The notes beneath the pieces are model-generated. The model had not been told where the DNA came from. It saw only the letters and a list, made by a program, of their open reading frames with translations, and ran no database searches. 32,000 bases of DNA from Demequinaceae bacterium (GTDB lineage Bacteria; Actinomycetota; Actinomycetes; Actinomycetales; Demequinaceae), in assembly GCA_965250005.1 (NCBI GenBank), contig OZ252279.1, forward strand, positions 930,001 to 962,000, given 5' to 3'. Positions 10,106 to 19,097 of this stretch are shown here, in pieces (within the stretch, counting starts at the first letter, position 1; every line of letters begins with the position of its first letter). Both the position numbers and the translations under genes were made by a program.

Positions 10106-11103
10106 GTGGCTTCCTTAAGTGTCACTTCGAGCAGGTGGTGATCTGTTGCGACCAGCGCTGGAAGCACATCCGACCCGGCTGCGGGAAGAGTGATCACCAT
10201 GAAGTCCGAATAGTGGTGGATCACCTGATCCGTCAGCGTGCCCTCAAGCAGGGCCTTGTCCTTGGTCGGCAACGTGAGTTGAGCCCCGGGAACCTTGAAA
10301 GTGGACGTCACCGTGAACGGTACGAACACGAGTGCGCCTCCCTCGCCAGTGGCGAAGACGTAGGCCTCGTCGGTCCGCGCCGTGATCACGTCCTTGTAGG
10401 TTCCGCCGCGCCCCTTTGCCGTCGTGTCGAGAGCAGCCCGTGCGGCGAACATCCGCTCGCGGTAGGCGTCCTCCGCAAATTCATCCTTGTGCTCGCTCGC
10501 TGCTCCCTCGGTGAGCAGCGCGACGTAGGCGTCAATGGCGACCTCGGGAGTCATGACAAGGCCTCCCGCATCGAGTGCAAGTTGGTCAGCGCCGTCCGCC
10601 TGGCCCGGCATGGCGGGCAAAATGGCGCCTGGGAGCATGTGCGACCAGTAGCGGAGTTGGTAGGGCGCCTGCACGTCATCCTGCAGCCACAGCAGCACCA
10701 GCGGCGTCAGCCCCGTCTCTGGCTGCTTGGTTACGGCAACCATGATCCGAGGCCACGTCTCTTGCGACGTCACGTAGATGGCGAGGATTTCGTCCGGGAT
10801 GGGGGTGACCTTGTCGCCGCCCTTGCTCGCAATCGTGTACTCGGCGGCGCGGACAAGCGCGGCGTCTCCGCCAATGCGATCGGCAAAGAGCGTCGCGTCG
10901 GGCGTAAGGTCAGCGGCCGCGAGCTCTGCGAAGGTTTCCGCGACAATCTGTTCCGATTGCACGGTGAACACCGCCCCCCGATCCTCGAGCGTGGGCGCTG
11001 GCGGCGTCTCAGGGGTAGGTATCGCGCAACTGGAGAGTCCAACCGTGGCCGCGACCGCGGCCACGGCCACGAGACTTAGCCCCTCTATGTGAAGAGTTTT
11101 CAC
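10102..11103 (-). CDS. Putative lipoprotein of unknown function
   Basis: 333-aa ORF with a GTG start and an AAGGA RBS 6 nt upstream. The signal peptide plus lipobox reads ...VAATVGLSSC (L-S-S-C). The start overlaps the upstream stop (GTGA at 11100-11103). I recognise no domain. Confidence 0.65.
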   Translation of the reverse strand: MKTLHIEGLSLVAVAAVAATVGLSSCAIPTPETPPAPTLEDRGAVFTVQSEQIVAETFAELAAADLTPDATLFADRIGGDAALVRAAEYTIASKGGDKVTPIPDEILAIYVTSQETWPRIMVAVTKQPETGLTPLVLLWLQDDVQAPYQLRYWSHMLPGAILPAMPGQADGADQLALDAGGLVMTPEVAIDAYVALLTEGAASEHKDEFAEDAYRERMFAARAALDTTAKGRGGTYKDVITARTDEAYVFATGEGGALVFVPFTVTSTFKVPGAQLTLPTKDKALLEGTLTDQVIHHYSDFMVITLPAAGSDVLPALVATDHHLLEVTLKEAT

Positions 11104-11834
11104 CTGATGTCCTTCAGTTCGCTTGAATCGACTTCGGGCGCGGAAGGCCGGGCCTCGATCGCCGCAGCCTCACGGCGCGCTCGCCTCAAACCTGGCTTTC
11201 CTTGGTCCTTCTTTTTGCGGCGGCTCGCAGACTTCTCTTCGACGCGGGCCTGCGCAGGCCGCAAATCCAGCCATCGGATCGCCAGCATCACGATTCCAAC
11301 GGCGAGCGCCGCCGCGCCTGCGGATAGCACCGGAAGCGCCCAGTCGAATCCAACGTCACGGTTGATGTCAAGCGAGGCGCTCACTAGATCCGTGCCGTTC
11401 TTGGACGACACAATCACAGTGATGCCGGGCTCGAAGCTGTCCGGGTCGAGCACAACGCGAGTAGCGCTCGCGGACTCCGTGCGCCAGATGTCATTCGAGG
11501 GTTCGCGCTCGTCATCGGAATAACGCCAGGTGGGCCCTGCGTCGAGCGCATCCCAACTCTTAACCCCACGCAGCAGCGAGACATCGGACTGACGAATCCA
11601 CGCTTCGGCATCAACGGGCCGTGCCGTACGGATCACTACAACGCCCTTGCCTTCGATCGTGATGGAGTGGCCCGCGGCGAGCGCTACGAACTCGGGCGGG
11701 ATTGCCACCGCAGGCGTGGCGAGTTCTGCCGACACAACAACGTCACGAGGGGGCTTGACGTTTAGGCCAGTGCCGCCGGCTGCGACCGAGAGCGCGCCAA
11801 GCACTGACAACGTAATTCCAACAGCTTTGAGCAC
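11100..11834 (-). CDS. Membrane-anchored protein of unknown function (N-terminal signal/TM, extracytoplasmic domain, C-terminal TM, basic cytoplasmic tail)
   Basis: The track ORF runs to 12035, but I place the start at the GTG at 11834-11832, preceded by GGAGGAGGG. This gives VLKAVGITLSVLGALSVAAGG..., a second hydrophobic helix (WALPVLSAGAAALAVGIVMLAI) and the tail RRKKKDQGKPGLRRARR. The longer version would overlap the divergent DivIVA-domain gene start. Confidence 0.6.
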   Translation of the reverse strand: MLKAVGITLSVLGALSVAAGGTGLNVKPPRDVVVSAELATPAVAIPPEFVALAAGHSITIEGKGVVVIRTARPVDAEAWIRQSDVSLLRGVKSWDALDAGPTWRYSDDEREPSNDIWRTESASATRVVLDPDSFEPGITVIVSSKNGTDLVSASLDINRDVGFDWALPVLSAGAAALAVGIVMLAIRWLDLRPAQARVEEKSASRRKKKDQGKPGLRRARREAAAIEARPSAPEVDSSELKDIR

Positions 11835-11898
11835 CGAACCCTCCTCCGATTGCCTCTCTACTCTAGGAGACAACTCGCCGCACGGCGGCGTCGTCGCG

Positions 11899-11927
11899 TT
11901 GATGTTGCTACATTCGCCCACTACTCT
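11899..11927 (+). promoter_or_regulatory. Candidate sigma-70-type promoter of the DivIVA-domain gene (TTGATG-17 nt-TACTCT)
   Basis: -35 TTGATG at 11899-11904, a 17-nt spacer, and -10 TACTCT at 11922-11927. This lies about 38 nt upstream of the ATG at 11965, which has an AAAGGAGA Shine-Dalgarno sequence at 11953-11960. Confidence 0.4.
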
Positions 11928-11964
11928 GATAACGAACAGCGGGACGTCCACCAAAGGAGAACCA

Positions 11965-13293
11965 ATGTCCGAGCCGAACACCCCGTTCCCCATCGCAATG
12001 CGGGGGTACGACCGTGACGCTGTGGCGGCGCACATCGGACAGTTGGAGGATCAAGTTCGGGACGCCGAGCGCCAGGCGGATGCCGCACACGGCGAGGCGG
12101 AGCGCGCTCGCACCGACTTGGACGCAGCGCAAGAAGGCCTGAAAGAGGTGGGCAAGCCCAGCTACACCGGGCTCGGCCAGCGCGTCGAGCAACTGCTGCG
12201 TAGCGCTGAAGAGCAGTCGGCGGATGTCCTGGCCCGCGCCAACACTCATTCTCAAGAAACGGTCGCGCGCGCCAACCTCGCGGCCCAGCAGCTCCGCGCC
12301 CGAGCGGACAACGAGGTGGCCGAGCTCCTCGCGCAGTCTCGCCGTGAGGCCGAGGATCTCAAGGCTCAGACAGAGCGCGAGACTACCGCTCTGCGCGAAG
12401 CCACGCAGCAGGCCACAGAAGAGCTCAGTGAAACCTCGCAGCGCGAAGCCGCAAGCAAGCGATCCACGCTCGAATCCGAAATCGCCGACGGAAAGGCCTC
12501 CCTTGAGCGCGAGGTGAACGCGATGCGCGCGACGGCCGAGCGCGAAGCCACGGAACTTCGGGTCAAGACTCAGCGCGAAGCCACGGAGGCCGCAGAGTCT
12601 TCCAAGGCGGAGGCCGAGCGCTTGGTCGACACCGCAACAGCGCAAGCAGAGAAGACCATTGCGGACGCACGCATCGAAGTAGACCAGGCACGTCAGGAGT
12701 CCAGCAGAATTCGCGAGGACCTGCAGGTTGAGGTCGCGCAGCGCCGCGAGGACTCCGAGAAGACGCTCCAGAAGCGCTACGACGACTCGAACGCCGAGTA
12801 CGAGCAGATGATCGCCGACTCGCGCCAACGCGCGAACGAGGCTGAAATCCGCGCCAAGGGCGCCTTGGACAAAGCTGAGCAGACGCGCGCAGATGCAGAC
12901 AACCACGCCGAGTCACTCGTGACAACGGCCCGGAAGAATGCGGACGAGATTGTCACCGAAGCTCGCGAGAGCGCAGAGACGATCATGAGTGAAGCCGTCA
13001 ACGACGCGGAGCGGGAACGTTCGTCCGCGCAACGCGAAGTGGACGACCTCAATCGGCAGCGCGAATCGATCACGAGCTACCTTGACGAGTTGCGTACGTT
13101 GCTCACGTCGGACCCGACGGGTCGCGTGGCCGCAGCTCAAACCACGGGAGCCGCACCCGGCGTACTCGCCGAAGCCGCAGCCACTGCTGCTGCCTCGATG
13201 CACCAGGAGCAAGAACCCGCGACCGACGCTCCCGCCGAGGCCGAACCAGATGGCATCCCGGTCAAGCTCGAGGATATGCGCGAGGACTCCTAA
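11965..13293 (+). CDS. DivIVA-domain protein with a long hendecad-repeat coiled-coil region
   Basis: I moved the start from the track ORF (11647) to the ATG at 11965, which follows a strong RBS. The N-terminus PFPIAMRGYDRDAVAAHIGQLEDQV is the DivIVA-domain signature (F..xxRGYDxxEV/AV). It is followed by about 300 aa of charged helical repeats and an Ala/Pro/Glu-rich tail. Length is 442 aa. Confidence 0.8.
   Translation: MSEPNTPFPIAMRGYDRDAVAAHIGQLEDQVRDAERQADAAHGEAERARTDLDAAQEGLKEVGKPSYTGLGQRVEQLLRSAEEQSADVLARANTHSQETVARANLAAQQLRARADNEVAELLAQSRREAEDLKAQTERETTALREATQQATEELSETSQREAASKRSTLESEIADGKASLEREVNAMRATAEREATELRVKTQREATEAAESSKAEAERLVDTATAQAEKTIADARIEVDQARQESSRIREDLQVEVAQRREDSEKTLQKRYDDSNAEYEQMIADSRQRANEAEIRAKGALDKAEQTRADADNHAESLVTTARKNADEIVTEARESAETIMSEAVNDAERERSSAQREVDDLNRQRESITSYLDELRTLLTSDPTGRVAAAQTTGAAPGVLAEAAATAAASMHQEQEPATDAPAEAEPDGIPVKLEDMREDS
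12202..13092 (+). repeat. About 27 consecutive 11-residue (33-nt) repeats inside the DivIVA-domain CDS
   Basis: Residues 80-376 parse without gaps into 11-mers, e.g. QSRREAEDLKA / QTERETTALRE / SLEREVNAMRA / TAEREATELRV / KTQREATEAAE / SSKAEAERLVD. At DNA level, the 16-nt string agcgcgaagccacgga occurs at 12539-12554 and again 33 nt later at 12572-12587. Confidence 0.75.
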
Positions 13294-13316
13294 CGGAGCC
13301 AACCGTTGGCCCACCC

Positions 13317-13751
13317 GTGTCTGTCTCAAAGCGACCTACCGGAAGCGACCCGCTCGGTGATCGCGCGCGCGCCAAGGTAGAAGTTCTCGCCAAGGTGCGG
13401 GCCGCTGAGTCCCGTCGCGCACAAGAGTGGATAGCAGAGTTCGTGGGCAAAGCGCAGGCAGCCAAACTCAAGCCCGACGTGCTCAGAGCGCGCTCATACG
13501 GCGGAAAATCGCTTTACCGATCCAACGTCACCGGATGGTACATCCGCAAGGACAAGAGCATTGGAATCGGGACCGACGGCGGGTTTTACATCTTGTCGGC
13601 ACCCACGTCGCTGGCCGCGCGCATCACCGGCGTCACGCTCGATCCCAGCGATCCGCCCATGGAGTTAGGCAGGGGCTCGCGTGACGGCGAATCGATCCCG
13701 TTGCCCCTCGCGCTTGAGCGCCGGCTCGCCGCAGGCGACAGCTACCCCTAG
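13317..13751 (+). CDS. Hypothetical protein (144 aa), no recognisable domain
   Basis: ORF with a GTG start 23 nt after the DivIVA-domain stop. Third-position GC bias is consistent with coding. There is no convincing RBS, so the start is uncertain. The stop overlaps the convergent hydrolase stop. Confidence 0.45.
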   Translation: MSVSKRPTGSDPLGDRARAKVEVLAKVRAAESRRAQEWIAEFVGKAQAAKLKPDVLRARSYGGKSLYRSNVTGWYIRKDKSIGIGTDGGFYILSAPTSLAARITGVTLDPSDPPMELGRGSRDGESIPLPLALERRLAAGDSYP

Positions 13752-14596
13752 TCCTGCCCGTGCACGTCAACTGACAAGCTCGCAAGCACCCGCGCAATCC
13801 CCGACGGGTCTTCGATAGGGCTGAGATGGCCCACACCGTTAGTCGTTACCTTGGTGCCCAAGGCCGCCGCCATGTTCTCCGCATCAGCGAACGACGTAAT
13901 CGTGTCGAGCTTTCCCCACACCACCGCGGCGGGAACCTCGAGCGCGCGGAGTGCGTCCGTGCGGTCGGGCCGGGCCGCCATGGCCCGTTGGGCCCACGCC
14001 ACGCTCGCCGGCTGCTGGCGCGAGATTATTGCGGCAACGGTCTCAAGGATGCGCGTCCGGGCAGCGCCCTGCACTCCCACGAGACCCTCTGCCATGCCAG
14101 CCGGATCGGCCATGCACGCGAGGCCTTCCGTGCGAGCTGCCGCATCAAGGCGAGTCGCGCGCGCGGCGTCGGTGTCCGCCGTCGAGCGCGTGTTGAAGAG
14201 TCCTAGTCCGGCGACTGCCTCCGCGTGCCGTTCGGCGATGGCGAGCGCAACGTAGCCTCCCATCGAGCATCCGGCCCAGATGGCCTCGGTGGATCCCGTC
14301 AATGCGCTCACGGCGCTCACCGCCGCATCCGCCACGGAATGGAGGCCCACGTCACTGCCCTGACCATGGGCTGCGGAAAGCCCGGGATACGTGAGTACGA
14401 GCACACGCGGACTGGGGCCCACGCGTGCCGTAAGCGCCGCGAGCACCGGGGCCCACATACTGCCGTCGAGCGGGAAGGCATGGAGCAGAACCAGCGGAAT
14501 GCCGGCGGAATGCGCGTCCGCGGGCGCCGAATCGCCAGGGCCAGCGTGTCGGCCACGTGCGCGGTGATCCGCCACGACGGACACGAGTCCGCTCAT
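13748..14596 (-). CDS. Alpha/beta-fold hydrolase
   Basis: 282-aa ORF. It has a PLVLLHAFPLDGSMW oxyanion-region motif, a nucleophile elbow GCSMGG (G-x-S-x-G) and a C-terminal GHLSPIEDP histidine motif. The ATG overlaps the upstream stop (ATGA at 14593-14596). Confidence 0.8.
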   Translation of the reverse strand: MSGLVSVVADHRARGRHAGPGDSAPADAHSAGIPLVLLHAFPLDGSMWAPVLAALTARVGPSPRVLVLTYPGLSAAHGQGSDVGLHSVADAAVSAVSALTGSTEAIWAGCSMGGYVALAIAERHAEAVAGLGLFNTRSTADTDAARATRLDAAARTEGLACMADPAGMAEGLVGVQGAARTRILETVAAIISRQQPASVAWAQRAMAARPDRTDALRALEVPAAVVWGKLDTITSFADAENMAAALGTKVTTNGVGHLSPIEDPSGIARVLASLSVDVHGQD

Positions 14597-15300
14597 ACGA
14601 CCTCCCCTGCCGACACCTCAGTCCGCAGGGGCGCCCTCTCGGGAGCAACCTGCTGCACAATCGCGTCGAGCACGATCCGCACATACCTCTCTCCGACCCA
14701 CAGATGCTTGGCCTCCGGAACCGCAACAATCTCCGCAGTCGTCAACGGCGCGAATCGTTCCCTAGCAGCCACTGGTCGCAGGTAGTCGTCGAGTTCAGGG
14801 ACGACAACCTTGACGGGCTTGCCAGAGGCCTGCCACGCCCCCAGATCGTCTTCGCCTGCGTGCTTGAGCGGCGGGGACAGCAGCACGGCACCCACCACGT
14901 CGAGATCGCTGCCATGCATGAGCGCCAGCTCGGTCCCGAAGCTCCAACCCACCAACCACCGATGGGGCAGCCCGCGGGCGACGGCAAAACTCACGGCGGC
15001 GCGGACGTCTGCGCCCTCCCCGACGCCCTCGTCGAACGACCCTTCCGACGTCCCACGGGGGCTGTGCGTTCCGCGTGTGTTGAACCGAAGCACCGCGATG
15101 TTCGCGAGGTGCGGGAGACGCCACGCGGCCTTGCGGAAAACGTGCGAATCCATGAAGCCGCCGTGCGTGGGCAAGGGGTGCAGCGTGATGAGCGTTGCCT
15201 CGATTTCACCTGTCGCTGGAAGCGCGAGTTCCCCTACGAGTGTGAGCCCGTCCTCGGTCTCAATCTCGATATTCTCGCGCACAGCCGGCAAGACCGTCAT
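14593..15300 (-). CDS. Alpha/beta-fold hydrolase (short, about 235 aa)
   Basis: The track ORF extends to 15483, but that extension overlaps the upstream small gene. I place the start at the ATG at 15300 (MTVLPAVRENIEIETEDG...). It has a THGG oxyanion-type motif, a GWSFG nucleophile elbow and a late AKHLW histidine. Confidence 0.72.
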   Translation of the reverse strand: MTVLPAVRENIEIETEDGLTLVGELALPATGEIEATLITLHPLPTHGGFMDSHVFRKAAWRLPHLANIAVLRFNTRGTHSPRGTSEGSFDEGVGEGADVRAAVSFAVARGLPHRWLVGWSFGTELALMHGSDLDVVGAVLLSPPLKHAGEDDLGAWQASGKPVKVVVPELDDYLRPVAARERFAPLTTAEIVAVPEAKHLWVGERYVRIVLDAIVQQVAPERAPLRTEVSAGEVV

Positions 15301-15343
15301 GGAGCGAATCTCGACAGCAGCGTCGTCAGTTACTGCAGCGCCG

Positions 15344-15652
15344 TCAACCACCGCTACTCCCGAACGTCTCCCAGCAGTTGTTGTGCCAATGCCTTCGTTC
15401 ACCCGCCGCGACGTCGGCTCCAAAGAGGCCGTCTGCGGCCCATGCGACAACGTGGCTGGTGTTGGCAAGAATCTCCTGTCCACAGGCGGGACACACGTAG
15501 GTCGTATCTCGCTGCCGGGAGACCGCGACGTGGTAGTCCTCGCCGCCCGGTCCGGGCATCACGCGTGACGCGAATCCGCCACGGGCGCGCTCCACATCCA
15601 GTTCAGGATGCGGGGCGCCGTAGGGGCGCTTGGTCGACTTGCGGCGTGCCAT
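15344..15652 (-). CDS. Small conserved actinobacterial protein with a putative zinc-binding CxxC...HWHxxC motif
   Basis: 102-aa ORF. It has a basic N-terminus (MARRKSTKRPYG), then YVCPACGQEI...HVVAWAADG...RRHWHNNCW. I recall this pattern from small proteins often annotated 'ATP/GTP-binding protein' next to nucS in Streptomyces and mycobacteria, but I cannot verify this here. Confidence 0.65.
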   Translation of the reverse strand: MARRKSTKRPYGAPHPELDVERARGGFASRVMPGPGGEDYHVAVSRQRDTTYVCPACGQEILANTSHVVAWAADGLFGADVAAGERRHWHNNCWETFGSSGG

Positions 15653-15712
15653 GCGTCAATTCTACGAGACTACGCAGCATAGGGGCTGACCCCCGTGGCT
15701 GAGATCGAGGTG

Positions 15713-16408
15713 TTAGAAGAGCCGTGTGCTCACGTCTTCCGATCCGCGCATGCTTTCGTAGTCGAGAATGAGGCAGCGGATCCCTCGGTCCTCGGCGAGG
15801 ACTCGGGCTTGGGGTTTGATCTCCTGAGCTGCGAACACGCCTTCGACCGGTGACAGCAGCGGGTCTCGGTTGAGCAGTTCAAGGTAGCGCGTGAGCTGCT
15901 CAACCCCGTCGATTTCGCCACGCCGCTTGATCTCGACGGCCACAGCCGCGCCCGCCGCGTCGCGCGCGAGAATGTCCACCGGCCCGATGGCCGTAGGGAA
16001 TTCGCGCCTGACCAGGGTGTGGCCAGCGCCAAGCAGCGCGATCTGTTCCGCGAGCATCTCTTGCAGGTGTGCCTCTACGCCATCCTTGATGAGACCGGGG
16101 TCGTGACCGAGTTCGTGCTCGGTATCGCTCAGAATCTCGTGCAGACTCACGACAAGTTTGTCGTTGCTCTTATCATGCTGCACCGTCCAGACCACCTGAA
16201 CGCCCGCCTTGCGCGCGGCCTTGTCGGGCTTAGTCTCGCGCAGAATGCACGGCGGGCTCATCCAGTTGAGCGGCTTGTACGAGCCGCCGTCCGAATGCAG
16301 CAGCACCGAGCCGTCGGCCTTGACCATGATTGCTCGCGTGGCGAGCGGCAGGTGGGCGTTGAGCCTCCCGCTGTAGGCGGCCTCGCATCGCGCGATCACC
16401 ACCCGCAT
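15713..16408 (-). CDS. nucS: Endonuclease NucS (EndoMS), mismatch-specific endonuclease of the non-canonical actinobacterial mismatch repair pathway
   Basis: 231-aa ORF. It begins [50 protein letters not shown] and carries RecB-like nuclease motifs ([33 protein letters not shown]). The C-terminus ...STRLF resembles a clamp-binding tail. Confidence 0.93.
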   Translation of the reverse strand: MRVVIARCEAAYSGRLNAHLPLATRAIMVKADGSVLLHSDGGSYKPLNWMSPPCILRETKPDKAARKAGVQVVWTVQHDKSNDKLVVSLHEILSDTEHELGHDPGLIKDGVEAHLQEMLAEQIALLGAGHTLVRREFPTAIGPVDILARDAAGAAVAVEIKRRGEIDGVEQLTRYLELLNRDPLLSPVEGVFAAQEIKPQARVLAEDRGIRCLILDYESMRGSEDVSTRLF

Positions 16409-16410
16409 GA

Positions 16411-16674
16411 CTAGACCGCGGCGCCCTCTACGGTGTCAGCGACAATCGTGATGGAGTTGTGGTCGAACGAAATGAACCCGCCGTTAACGTGCAGACTCTT
16501 TCCCTCGCCACCCTCGACCTGCACCCGTACCTCGCCTGGGCGGAGGACGGACAGCACAGGCTCGTGGCCGGCGAGCAGGCCAATCTCGCCCTCAACGGTT
16601 GGCGCAACGACGCTCGATGCCATCCCGGACCACAGCACGCGGTCCGGGGCGACAATGTTGACGTCGAGATCCAT
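16411..16674 (-). CDS. atpC: F1 ATP synthase epsilon subunit, beta-sandwich domain only (87 aa)
   Basis: Motifs: [11 protein letters not shown]...[30 protein letters not shown]...[21 protein letters not shown]. The start abuts the atpD stop (TAGATG), and the stop is 2 nt from the nucS ATG. Confidence 0.9.
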   Translation of the reverse strand: MDLDVNIVAPDRVLWSGMASSVVAPTVEGEIGLLAGHEPVLSVLRPGEVRVQVEGGEGKSLHVNGGFISFDHNSITIVADTVEGAAV

Positions 16675-19085
<2,411 letters not shown>

Positions 19086-19097
19086 TGAGGTGGTTCC

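Noticed and set aside
11647-12035. Long N-terminal extensions of both divergent ORFs (minus ORF up to 12035, plus ORF from 11647), which would overlap each other by about 390 nt
   Set aside because: Each gene has an internal start with a strong RBS (GGAGGAGGG-GTG at 11834; AAAGGAGA-ATG at 11965). These starts give sensible N-termini (a signal/TM segment and the DivIVA motif). The extensions are mutually exclusive and low-complexity.
11908-12906. 332-aa minus-strand ORF inside the DivIVA-domain gene
   Set aside because: It is a shadow ORF created by the GC-rich repetitive coding sequence on the other strand. The translation is Leu/Arg/Gly low-complexity.
15301-15483. Upstream extension of the second hydrolase ORF
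   Set aside because: It overlaps the 3' part of the small Cys/His protein gene in another frame. The ATG at 15300 gives a typical short N-terminus before the first beta-strand.
14557-15702. 381-aa plus-strand ORF across the hydrolase and small-protein genes
   Set aside because: It is antisense to three minus-strand genes that have recognisable motifs. It is Arg/Pro-rich with no motifs.
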